DNA of 64,000 nt from Streptosporangiaceae bacterium (GTDB taxonomy: Bacteria > Actinomycetota > Actinomycetes > Streptosporangiales > Streptosporangiaceae), in contig DASXYG010000032.1 of the NCBI GenBank assembly GCA_036502625.1, forward strand, positions 1,755 to 65,754. Reading direction: 5' to 3'. The notes beneath the pieces are model-generated. The model saw only the letters and a list, made by a program, of their open reading frames with translations, was not told the origin of the DNA and did not search any database. Both the position numbers and the translations under genes were made by a program. This document shows positions 16,870 to 25,163 of the stretch, in pieces (the first letter of the stretch is position 1; each line of letters opens with the position of its first letter).

Positions 16870-18327
16870 TCAGCGGATCAGCTCGTAGTCCCCGGCCCGC
16901 ACGCGGCGGGTCTGGAGGAAGAACTTCCAGGTGAAGCCGGGCCAGACGGTGGTGTTCTTGCCGTTGGCGTCGAGGTACCAGCTCGTGCAGCCGGACGCCC
17001 ACACGGTGCCGGACAGCTTGCGCTGGATGCCGGCGTTGAACGCGTCCATGACCCGGGGGCGCACGTCGATCGCCGTGGCCTTCGTACGGGACAGCAGGCG
17101 CAGGCAGTCGATGATGTAGTGCACCTGCGCCTCGATCATGAAGATCATCGAGCTGTGGCCGAGGCCGGTGTTCGGGCCGATGAGCAGGAACATGTTCGGG
17201 AAGCCGGAGACGGCCGTGCCGAGGTACGCCGACATGCCGTCGCTCCACGCCTCCGACAGCTTCCGCCCGCCGCGGCCGGTGAGCCGCAGGGCGTCGAGCG
17301 CGTCGGTGACGTGGAAGCCGGTGCCGAAGATGATCACGTCGGCCTCGTGCGCCACTCCGTCGCTGGTGACCACCGCGTTCTCGGTGATCTCCTGGATGCC
17401 GTCGGTGATGACGGCCACGTTGTCACGCGTCAGTGCCGGATAGTAGTCGTCGGACAGCAGGGTGCGCTTGCAGCCCATCGTGTGGTCCGGGGTGACCTTG
17501 GCGCGCAGCTCCGGGTCCTTGATCTGCTTGTGGATGTGCCGGATCGGGACGCGCTGCGCGAGGCGCATCAGCCTCGGGTTGTCGAACCCGGGGATGCGGC
17601 TCTCGTTGATCCAGTAGATCGCGTTCCGCCGCGCGCGCTGCGCCGCGGGGAACCTGGCGAACAGGTCGTGCTCGCGCTCGCTGATCTCCCGGTCCGGCTT
17701 CGGCATGATCCACGGCGGGGTGCGCTGGAACAGGTCGAGGCTCTCCACCTCGGGCGCGATGGCCGGGACGAACTGGATGGCGCTCGCGCCCGTGCCGACG
17801 ACGGCGACGCGCTTGCCGCGCAGGTCGACGGAGTGGTCCCACTCGGCGGAGTGGAAGGCCGGGCCGGCGAACCGCTCCACGCCGGGGATCTCCGGGATCT
17901 TCGGCACGTGCAGCGGACCCATGCCGAACATGACGGCGCGGCAGGTCAGCGGCGCGGCGTCGCGGATGTCGACCCGCCAGGTGCGCGCGGCGTCGTCGTA
18001 CTCCGCGCCGGTGACCTCGGCGCCGTACCTGATGTGGCCGGCGACGCCGTACTTCGTCGCGCAGTGCTCCAGGTACGCGCGGATCTCCGGCTGCGGCGAG
18101 AACATCCGCGACCAGCGCGGGTTCGGCTCGAAGGAGTACGAGTAGAGGTGCGACTGCACGTCGCAGGCGCAGCCGGGATAGGTGTTCTCGCGCCAGGTGC
18201 CGCCGAGGCCGCGCGCCTTCTCCAGGACCACGAAGTCGTCGTGGCCCGCCTCCTTGAGCCGGATCGCCATGCACAGGCCGGAGAATCCGGATCCGACGAT
18301 CACGATCGACGGGTCGGTGGCGTTCAC
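16870..18327 (-). CDS. Type I Baeyer-Villiger / flavin-containing monooxygenase
   Basis: IVIVGSGFSGL (FAD GxGxxG), the BVMO fingerprint FAGPAFHSAEWDH, and VAVVGTGASAIQ (NADP). GTG at 18327 follows GGGAGGA. The longer track ORF (to 18471) would overlap the divergent TetR gene. Confidence 0.85.
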   Translation of the reverse strand: MNATDPSIVIVGSGFSGLCMAIRLKEAGHDDFVVLEKARGLGGTWRENTYPGCACDVQSHLYSYSFEPNPRWSRMFSPQPEIRAYLEHCATKYGVAGHIRYGAEVTGAEYDDAARTWRVDIRDAAPLTCRAVMFGMGPLHVPKIPEIPGVERFAGPAFHSAEWDHSVDLRGKRVAVVGTGASAIQFVPAIAPEVESLDLFQRTPPWIMPKPDREISEREHDLFARFPAAQRARRNAIYWINESRIPGFDNPRLMRLAQRVPIRHIHKQIKDPELRAKVTPDHTMGCKRTLLSDDYYPALTRDNVAVITDGIQEITENAVVTSDGVAHEADVIIFGTGFHVTDALDALRLTGRGGRKLSEAWSDGMSAYLGTAVSGFPNMFLLIGPNTGLGHSSMIFMIEAQVHYIIDCLRLLSRTKATAIDVRPRVMDAFNAGIQRKLSGTVWASGCTSWYLDANGKNTTVWPGFTWKFFLQTRRVRAGDYELIR

Positions 18328-18352
18328 GCGTCCTCCCGGGGGCCGCCCTATT

Positions 18353-18387
18353 GGACCTACTGTCAGTAGGTTACTGGAAGTAGGTCC
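18353..18387. promoter_or_regulatory. Candidate TetR operator: nested inverted repeats built on the half-site AGTAGGT
   Basis: ACCTACTG-T-CAGTAGGT is a perfect 8+1+8 palindrome at 18355-18371. GGACCTACT (18353-18361) is also the reverse complement of AGTAGGTCC (18379-18387). The site lies in the 88-bp BVMO/TetR divergent intergenic region. Confidence 0.5.
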
Positions 18388-18415
18388 GTCTGGGTAGCGG
18401 CGATACGCTGACCTC

Positions 18416-19045
18416 GTGACGGACACCACGGCGCGCGGCGGTGCGGGGCCCACCCGCGGCACCCGGCGCATGCCGCGCGCCGAACGCGAACGCCAGATGC
18501 TCGCCGTCGCCGAGGAGGTCTTCGCCGAGCGCGGCTACGCCGGCGCCGCCATGGACGAGATCGCCGAGCGCGTCGGCGTCTCCAAGCCGATGCTGTACGA
18601 GTACTTCGGCTCCAAGGACGGCCTGCTCAGCGCCTGCGTCTCCCGGGTGCGCACCGAGCTGCTTGACGCCACGCGCCGTGCGGTCGCCGGCGCGCCCACG
18701 CCCGAGGAGGCGATGCGCCGCGGCCACCTGGCGTTCTTCCGGTTCGTCGACGACCACGCGGCGGCCTGGGCGGTGCTGCTGCACGAGTCGCGGGTCACGG
18801 ACGGCCCCGCCGCGGCGGCCATCGACGCCATCCGCGAGCAGCAGACGGGCTTCATCGTCGAGCTGCTGACCGCGCAGAAGCCGGACGTGCCACGCCGCGA
18901 GCTGGAGGCGTACGCCCAGCTCCTCGTGGGCGCGTCCGAGCGCCTGGCCGTCTGGCGCACCGAGCACCGCGTCAGCGCGAAACGCGCCACGGAGTACCTC
19001 ATGAACGTCATGTGGACCGGCCTGGGCCGGCTGGCGGCGATCTAG
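18416..19045 (+). CDS. TetR/AcrR-family transcriptional regulator
   Basis: RERQMLAVAEEVFAERGYAGAAMDEIAERVGVSKPMLYEYFGSKDGL is a canonical TetR HTH. Confidence 0.9.
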   Translation: MTDTTARGGAGPTRGTRRMPRAERERQMLAVAEEVFAERGYAGAAMDEIAERVGVSKPMLYEYFGSKDGLLSACVSRVRTELLDATRRAVAGAPTPEEAMRRGHLAFFRFVDDHAAAWAVLLHESRVTDGPAAAAIDAIREQQTGFIVELLTAQKPDVPRRELEAYAQLLVGASERLAVWRTEHRVSAKRATEYLMNVMWTGLGRLAAI

Positions 19046-19782
19046 GGCTCCAGCGGTTTCGTGGCGGTGAGCAGGCGGGTCCCGGTCCACGGCCCGCCGT
19101 ACCAGAACCGCCAGCCGAGGTCGCGCGTGGCGGTGTCCGTCCAGCCGAGCCCGGTGAGCACCTCGGCGTACGCCCCGGTGTGCCTGAAGTCGGCGATGGC
19201 CAGCCGCCCGCCGGGCCGCAGCACCCGCGCGGCCTCCGCGACGGCCCGCCGCCGCCCCTCGGCGCCGGGGATGTTGTGCACGGCCAGGCTGGAGACCACG
19301 ACGTCGAACGCGGCGTCGTCGTACGGCATCCCGGTCATGTCGCCGGTGGACAGCTCCACCCGGTCCGACACCCCGGCCGCGTGCGCGTTGGCGCGCGTGA
19401 CGGCCTCCGCGTTGCCCGATTGGTCGCGCGTGCGCCAGAGGTCGAGCCCGACCGCCGTGCCGGAGCCGAGCCGCCGCGCGACCTGGACGAGCACCATGCC
19501 GCGCCCGCACCCCATGTCGAGCACGCGCTCGCCCCCGCGCAGCGCCAGCCCGTCGAGGACGCCCGCCCAGACCGCGAACTTCCCGCGCCGCGTGGTGTAG
19601 AGGAACGAGGCCGCCGAGGCGAGCATGTACGCCCCCATGGCGACCGGCAGGATGCTCCACCCGGGCCCGCTCACGGCCAGCCACACCACGCCGCCGACCA
19701 GGAGCACCGCACCCGGGGCCGCCAACCCGTACAGCGCGCCCGGGGCGTCCACCCCGTACTCGCCGGGAAGATTTCGCGTCAT
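19042..19782 (-). CDS. Class I SAM-dependent methyltransferase with N-terminal TM segments
   Basis: VLDMGCGRGMV (motif I), DVVVSSLAVHN and LRPGGRLAIADF. There are two hydrophobic helices at the N-terminus. Confidence 0.8.
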   Translation of the reverse strand: MTRNLPGEYGVDAPGALYGLAAPGAVLLVGGVVWLAVSGPGWSILPVAMGAYMLASAASFLYTTRRGKFAVWAGVLDGLALRGGERVLDMGCGRGMVLVQVARRLGSGTAVGLDLWRTRDQSGNAEAVTRANAHAAGVSDRVELSTGDMTGMPYDDAAFDVVVSSLAVHNIPGAEGRRRAVAEAARVLRPGGRLAIADFRHTGAYAEVLTGLGWTDTATRDLGWRFWYGGPWTGTRLLTATKPLEP

Positions 19783-19804
19783 ATCGCGAGTCTAGCGTCC
19801 GGCC

Positions 19805-20170
19805 TCAGGTCGCGGCGGCCAGACGGACCAGGTCGTCGAGCCCGGCGCGGCTCTCGGCGCCGCGCGGCACGCCGTGTCCGGAGTCCGGTCCGTCCGCCCA
19901 GTGCCGGAGGGTGTCGAGCGGGCGCAGGCCGGACGCCTTGGCCTCGCGGAGCAGGCCGACCCAGGCCACGCCCGCGTTGTCGCCGGCGTCGCCGGCCGAC
20001 GCGGCGGGGACGAAGCCCGCGGCCTGGTCGTCCTCGGCCGCCCACAGATAGCCGAGCAGCAGGTCGCCGTGGTGTACGGCCACGTAGCGGACCGGGCCGT
20101 CGGTCGTCCACGGCCATTCGTCCGGCGCGGAGACCGTCTCGAAGCGCGGTTCGTCGTCCAGCGGGCCCAT
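19805..20170 (-). CDS. Small acidic protein, putative immunity protein for the upstream ADP-ribosyltransferase toxin
   Basis: 121 aa from ATG at 20170, with a GGAGGA RBS, 32 nt after the toxin stop. Sequence begins MGPLDDEPRFETVSAPDEWPWTTDGPVRYVAVHHGDLLLGYLWAAEDDQ.... I recognise no family for it, so the role is inferred from position only. Confidence 0.5.
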   Translation of the reverse strand: MGPLDDEPRFETVSAPDEWPWTTDGPVRYVAVHHGDLLLGYLWAAEDDQAAGFVPAASAGDAGDNAGVAWVGLLREAKASGLRPLDTLRHWADGPDSGHGVPRGAESRAGLDDLVRLAAAT

Positions 20171-20202
20171 GGTGTCCTCCGATGACGCGCGATCGAGGCG
20201 GG

Positions 20203-21744
20203 TCACTTGATCACGGTGCCGTAGACGTTCCAGATTCCGTCGACCTTCTCGACGTGGTCGACACGGTACTTCGTGCCGCGGTCCAGGGTGATCTCGAGAT
20301 CCTTCTGGCCGGGGTGGAACACGCCGCCGTCGCCGAGGTATCCCGGCGCCACGGCGTGTGTGCCCTTCGGCACGCGCAAGTACATGTTGACCGGGGTGGC
20401 CTTGCGCCTGAAGATGTTCTGCCAGACCGCGGGCCGCTCCTCCGGCTTGGGCGCGGCGCTCACCGACAGGTATCCCGGATCGGTGATCGTCCGCCCGGGG
20501 AGCCGGCTCACCGGGACCTTGAACGCGTCGTCGCCGACCACCCGGGCCGCGATCACGTCGCTGGGCAGGCTGGACCGCTTCATCGCGCCGTCGATGAGCG
20601 GTACGTCCCGCTTCGCCTCGGGGGTGGCCGGACGCTCGCCGCGGAGGTAGTCGTTGATGTCCCGGTAGTTCGGGTCCAGCCGGTAGTTGAACAGGGCCTC
20701 GCGCTGCCTCTTGCCGAGCTTCGAGGTCTGCGGCCCCATCTTCTCGTCGAGCCACTTCTGGAACGCGGCCGGATCCTTGTAGTACGTCGCGCCCTTGCGC
20801 CAGGTCTCCGGCCCCGGCCATTTGTCGGCCCCGGCGGTGTTCTTGGGCGCGTTCTTGACCTTCTCGTCCGGGACCTTGTCCGGCTTGGCCGCCTCCGCGC
20901 CGGCGGCGCCGGCGTCCTCGCCGGCCCGCGCGGCGCGTGCCACCTTCGCCGCGCGCGCCGCCCTGCCGAGGGCCTTGGCGCCCGGGATCGGGACGAACAT
21001 CGAGCCGACGTCGGTGCCGGCGCGCCCGACGGCGGTGGCGTAGTCGCCGTCCTGGGCCGACGTGTACGCCTCCTTGCTGACCGGGGGGCCGCCCACGAGC
21101 GTGGTCAGCGGGTTGGCCAGCGACATCGCGTGGCTCATGCACTCGTAGCCCCGCGGGTCGGCGCCGCAGGCCGCGTAGGTGTGCGGCCACGCCATCAGGC
21201 CGTAGTTCCACTGGTACTTGGCCCAGTTGGTGACGGTGCTGACCGGGTGCCGGGCGATGTGGGCGAGGCCGCCGCCGAAGGCGACCGCGCCGTCGGAGGC
21301 GCCCTCGGCCAGGTTCTTCCCGTAGTGGAGGGCGCATCCGAAGAAGCCGTGGCACTCGTCCGGGTGGCCGACCATGACCTTGAGCGGGCGGCGTGCCTTG
21401 TCGGTGGAGCCGGCGGGGGCGTGGCCGCCGCGGATCGGCGTGGCCCGTGCCACCGGGGCGGCCTGGGGTTTCGGCGCGGTCGTGCAGGTCCTGGCCCGAT
21501 CGCCGGACACGACCCGGCACACGGTGGTGCTCACGCCGTGGCCGATGGTCGTGCCCACCCCGGAGGTGGCCAGCGCGACGACGACGATCACCGCGAGGAT
21601 GCCGAGCGCGAGGAACTCGAAGATCGTTCGTCCGTCGTCGCGCCTGACATGGGCGTCCCTGCGGGACCGGAACACGCGGACCTCCCGGCGGCCAGAGGCG
21701 TGGATGTGGATCAAGAACCAGGAGAGGCTACCGTGATCGGACAT
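20203..21744 (-). CDS. Polymorphic toxin: N-terminal Flp/TadE-like hydrophobic segment, Cys-rich central region, C-terminal C3/Vip2-like mono-ADP-ribosyltransferase domain
   Basis: The C-terminal ~175 aa contain ALFNYRLDPNYRDINDYLRG, VIAARVVG (Arg), DPGYLSVS (S-x-S) and FHPGQKDLEITLDRGTKYRV (catalytic Glu loop). This is the R / S-T-S / [QE]-x-E arrangement of ADPrib_exo_Tox-type enzymes. The N-terminus reads RRDDGRTIFEFLALGILAVIVVVALATSGVGTTIG. Confidence 0.7.
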   Translation of the reverse strand: MSDHGSLSWFLIHIHASGRREVRVFRSRRDAHVRRDDGRTIFEFLALGILAVIVVVALATSGVGTTIGHGVSTTVCRVVSGDRARTCTTAPKPQAAPVARATPIRGGHAPAGSTDKARRPLKVMVGHPDECHGFFGCALHYGKNLAEGASDGAVAFGGGLAHIARHPVSTVTNWAKYQWNYGLMAWPHTYAACGADPRGYECMSHAMSLANPLTTLVGGPPVSKEAYTSAQDGDYATAVGRAGTDVGSMFVPIPGAKALGRAARAAKVARAARAGEDAGAAGAEAAKPDKVPDEKVKNAPKNTAGADKWPGPETWRKGATYYKDPAAFQKWLDEKMGPQTSKLGKRQREALFNYRLDPNYRDINDYLRGERPATPEAKRDVPLIDGAMKRSSLPSDVIAARVVGDDAFKVPVSRLPGRTITDPGYLSVSAAPKPEERPAVWQNIFRRKATPVNMYLRVPKGTHAVAPGYLGDGGVFHPGQKDLEITLDRGTKYRVDHVEKVDGIWNVYGTVIK

Positions 21745-21769
21745 TTCGCCGGGAGTCGCGAGGGTCCGG

Positions 21770-22999
21770 TCATTCCTTACGGCGGGTCGTTATCCGCACC
21801 GCCAGCGCCGCGACCAGCAGGAGGACGCCGACGAAGATGACCGTTCCCGGCCAGCCCGTACGGACGTAGGCCTCGCCGCCCGCCGAGCCGGCGACGCTGC
21901 TGCCCAGGTAGTACGCGAGCATGTACAGCGCGGACGCCTGCGCGCGGCCCGCGGTGGCGATGCGGCCCACCCAGCCGCTGGCGATGGTGTGGCAGCCGAA
22001 GAAGCCGGCGGTGAACAGCAGCAGCCCGGCGATGACCGCCACCAGGTTCGGGATCAGCGTCACGGCCAGCCCGGCGAGGGCCAGCGCGGCGGACGCGGTG
22101 GCGATGGGACGGCGGCCGAGGCGGTCGCTGACGCGGCCGGCCGCGGTGGAGCTGACCGTGCCGGCCAGGTAGCAGAGGAAGATCAGCCCGACGGCCGCGG
22201 CGGACAGCCCGAACGGCGGCGCGGCCAGCCGGTAGCCGAGGTAGTTGTACACCGTGACCATGCCGCCCATCAGCGCGAACCCGGTCAGGTACAGCCGCAG
22301 CAGCCGTACGGAGCGCAGGTGGCCGACGACCCCGGCGGCCAGCGCGCGCCAGCGGGCCGGCCGCGGCTGGAACGCCACCGGACGGGGGAGCAGGGCGGCG
22401 AACACGAGCGCGCACAGCACGGAGAACACGCCGACGGAGGCCATCCCCCAGCGCCAGCCGGCCACGTCGGTGACGCCGCCGACCAGCAGCCGCCCGGCCA
22501 TGCCGCCGACGGAGTTCCCCGCGATGTACAGGCCCATGGCGCGGCCGGTCGCCGAACCGTGCACCTCCTCGGTGACGTGCGCCATGGCCGCGGCGGGCAG
22601 CCCGGCGAGCGCGACGCCCTGCACGGCGCGCGCGGCCAGCATCCACCCGAGCCCGGGCGCGGCCGCGGCGGCGACGCCGAGCACGGCGGCCACCGCCACG
22701 CCGGTGACCATGACGGGCTTGCGGCCCACCACCTCCGACACCGACGCCAGCGGGATCACCGCCACCGCGAGCGCGGCCGTGGCCGCCGCGACGGTCAGGC
22801 TCGCCCCGACGGGCGTGAGGCCGAAGGCGCCGCCGATCTGCGGCAGCACCGGCTGCGGCGCGTACAGCAGCGCGAACGTGGCCAGGCCGGCGGCGAACAT
22901 GGCCAGGTTGAAGCGGCGGAAGGCGGGTGTTCCGCCGCGCAGGCGCGGGATCTCCGTAGCGATGGCCACGAGCGCGACGGTAGGCACGCGACGTCTCAT
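21770..22999 (-). CDS. MFS transporter (YnfM-like), divergent from a LysR regulator
   Basis: 409 aa, 12 TM segments. VSEVVGRKPVM is MFS motif A. Confidence 0.85.
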   Translation of the reverse strand: MRRRVPTVALVAIATEIPRLRGGTPAFRRFNLAMFAAGLATFALLYAPQPVLPQIGGAFGLTPVGASLTVAAATAALAVAVIPLASVSEVVGRKPVMVTGVAVAAVLGVAAAAAPGLGWMLAARAVQGVALAGLPAAAMAHVTEEVHGSATGRAMGLYIAGNSVGGMAGRLLVGGVTDVAGWRWGMASVGVFSVLCALVFAALLPRPVAFQPRPARWRALAAGVVGHLRSVRLLRLYLTGFALMGGMVTVYNYLGYRLAAPPFGLSAAAVGLIFLCYLAGTVSSTAAGRVSDRLGRRPIATASAALALAGLAVTLIPNLVAVIAGLLLFTAGFFGCHTIASGWVGRIATAGRAQASALYMLAYYLGSSVAGSAGGEAYVRTGWPGTVIFVGVLLLVAALAVRITTRRKE

Positions 23000-23033
23000 A
23001 CGTCCAATGCATGAACGCGCATATCCTCATACG

Positions 23034-23975
23034 ATGACGCATCATCGCGGGCTGGACGCCCTGTGCCCGCAGCTCGTCAGGTTCGCGGCCGTCGCCAGGA
23101 CCCAGCACGTCACGCGCGCCGCGGCCGAGCTCGGGCTGCCGCAGCCCACGCTGAGCCGGTCGATCGCCCGGCTGGAGCGCGAGCTCGGCGTGCCGCTGTT
23201 CGCCCGCGAGGGCCGTACGCTCCGGCTCACCCGCCACGGCCGCCGCCTGCTCGGCTCCGTGGAGGGCGCGCTCGCGGAGATCGCGTCCGGGGTGGCCGCG
23301 CTGGAGTCCGACGCCGACGAGGTGCACGGCACGGTGGCGCTCGCCTTCCTCTACACCCTCGGCCGGTCGACCGTCCCCGAACTGCTGCGCGCGTTCCGCG
23401 CGGCCCACCCCGGCATCGGCCTCACGCTCGCGCAGGACGACGCGGGCCGCATGCTGGCGCGGCTGCGCGCGGGCGCGGTCGACCTCGTGCTGACCTCGCC
23501 GCTGCCGGACGTCCCTGGCGTGGCCGTGCGCCCGCTCGGCCGTGAGCCGCTCGCGCTCGTCGTGCCGCGCGGCCACCGGATGGCCCGCCGTACGGCGATC
23601 CGGTTCGCCGACGCCGCCGCGGAGGAGTTCGTGTGCCTGGCGCCCGGCTACGGCCTGCGCGACATCTTCGAGGACCTCTGCCGTACGTCCGGCGTGGCGC
23701 CGCGGGTGGCGATGGAGGCCGGGGAGGTGGACACCGTGCGGGCGCTGGCCGCCGCCGGGTTCGGCGTCGCGCTGCTGCCCGCGTCCGCGCCGGCGTCCGC
23801 GCGCCGCCACGATCCGGGCGACGGAACCGTGGAGGTACCGGTCGCCGATGCCCACCGGACGATCGGACTGGCCTGGGCCGATGACCGCCCGCGTACGGCC
23901 GCTGTCCGGCTGTTCACCGATTTCGTCCTCGAACGGGGCCTCCTCCCAGCGACGTCCCCTAGGCTGACGCCATGA
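23034..23975 (+). CDS. LysR-family transcriptional regulator
   Basis: LVRFAAVARTQHVTRAAAELGLPQPTLSRSIARLERELGVPLFAREGR. In frame with track ORF 22245-23975. The 34-bp divergent intergenic region contains ATGC-N8-GCAT (23007-23022). Confidence 0.9.
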   Translation: MTHHRGLDALCPQLVRFAAVARTQHVTRAAAELGLPQPTLSRSIARLERELGVPLFAREGRTLRLTRHGRRLLGSVEGALAEIASGVAALESDADEVHGTVALAFLYTLGRSTVPELLRAFRAAHPGIGLTLAQDDAGRMLARLRAGAVDLVLTSPLPDVPGVAVRPLGREPLALVVPRGHRMARRTAIRFADAAAEEFVCLAPGYGLRDIFEDLCRTSGVAPRVAMEAGEVDTVRALAAAGFGVALLPASAPASARRHDPGDGTVEVPVADAHRTIGLAWADDRPRTAAVRLFTDFVLERGLLPATSPRLTP

Positions 23976-25102
23976 GTGACGGCTGGCCGCAGGGATGGTC
24001 CCGCGACGACCCGCGCGGGCCTCAGGAAGAACGGACCGCCGTGTACCCCCAGGGTTCCTACGGCGCCGACCCGTACGGCGGTGGCGCGCCGCCGCCGGGC
24101 CCGAGCGCCGGGCGGGTCTACGGCGGCGGGCGCTCGCCCCGCCCCCGCAAGCGGCGCTGGCCCAAGATCGTGCTGACGGTGATCGTCATCATCATCGTGC
24201 TGATCGCCGCGCTGGTGATCTGGCTGGACTTCTCGCTGAACCGCACCAGCGCCCTGGTCGACTACAGCGGCCGCCCGGGCGACACACCCGGCACGAACTG
24301 GCTGCTCATCGGCACCGACTCCCGCAAGGGCCTGAGCAGGTCCGAGCGCGACAAGCTCGCCACCGGCCGCGCCGCCGGGCAGCGCACCGACACGATGATG
24401 CTGCTGCACATCCCCGAGGGCAGCGACAAGCCCACGCTGGTCAGCCTCCCGCGCGACTCCTGGGTGCCCATCCCCGGCCACGACCACAACAAGCTGAACG
24501 CGGCCTTCTCCCTCGGCGGCCCGCAGCTCCTGGTCAAGACCATCGAGGGCGTCAGCGGCATCCACCTCGACCACTACATGGAGATCAACTTCGCCGGGTT
24601 CGTCGACGTGGTCGACGCCGTCGGCGGTGTCCACATGTGCGTGAAGCAGCACCTCAAGGACCCCAAGGCCGGCCTGAACCTCAAGCCGGGCTGCCACGAC
24701 CTCCAGGGCAAGGACGCCCTCGGCTACGTCCGTACGCGCCACTTCGCGAACGGCGACCTGGAGCGGGTGAAGCACCAGCGGCAGTTCGTCAGCGCGCTGA
24801 TGAGCAAGGCGACGAGCCCGGGTGTGCTGCTGAACCCGTTCAAGTCGATCCCGCTCGCGGTCAGCGGCACCAAGGCGGTCACCGTCGACGACGGCGACCA
24901 CATCTGGAACATGATCTCGCTGGCGCAGAACCTCGGCGGCATGAGCACCGGGAAGCTGGTCACCACGTCGGTGCCGCTCGGCGGGTTCGGCACCTCGCCC
25001 ACCGCCGGGTCGTACATCATCTGGCAGCGTCAGCGCGCGCTCGAGCTGTTCAACGCGCTGAAGAACGACCAGCCCGTGCCGTCCTCCGCGCTGCAGAAGT
25101 AG
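23972..25102 (+). CDS. LCP (LytR-CpsA-Psr) family cell-wall polymer transferase
   Basis: A Pro/Gly-rich N-terminus and one TM segment, then NWLLIGTDSR, RTDTMMLLHIP, LVSLPRDSWVPIPGH..NKLNAAF and GYVRTRH..GDLERVKHQRQF. Confidence 0.9.
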   Translation: MSDGWPQGWSRDDPRGPQEERTAVYPQGSYGADPYGGGAPPPGPSAGRVYGGGRSPRPRKRRWPKIVLTVIVIIIVLIAALVIWLDFSLNRTSALVDYSGRPGDTPGTNWLLIGTDSRKGLSRSERDKLATGRAAGQRTDTMMLLHIPEGSDKPTLVSLPRDSWVPIPGHDHNKLNAAFSLGGPQLLVKTIEGVSGIHLDHYMEINFAGFVDVVDAVGGVHMCVKQHLKDPKAGLNLKPGCHDLQGKDALGYVRTRHFANGDLERVKHQRQFVSALMSKATSPGVLLNPFKSIPLAVSGTKAVTVDDGDHIWNMISLAQNLGGMSTGKLVTTSVPLGGFGTSPTAGSYIIWQRQRALELFNALKNDQPVPSSALQK

Positions 25103-25160
25103 CCGTACGCACACCGCCCCCGTCAGCGCCGCGGCGCTGACGGGGGCGAGGTGCGTACGG
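25103..25160. terminator. Long GC-rich hairpin between convergent genes (bidirectional terminator candidate)
   Basis: Perfect 13-bp stem CCCCCGTCAGCGC/GCGCTGACGGGGG with a 4-nt loop (25117-25146). It is extended by CCGTACGCAC...GTGCGTACGG. There is no U-tract. Confidence 0.6.
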
Positions 25161-25163
25161 GGC

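Noticed and set aside
19012-21840. A 942-aa plus-strand ORF antisense to the toxin/immunity/methyltransferase genes. Similar long antisense ORFs occur at 21777-23855, 29188-31734, 29747-32206, 33590-35725 and 54850-57132.
   Set aside because: These are typical high-GC shadow ORFs. They are Arg/Ala/Gly/Pro-rich, contain no recognisable domains, and each is fully overlapped by a gene with clear family motifs on the other strand or in another frame.
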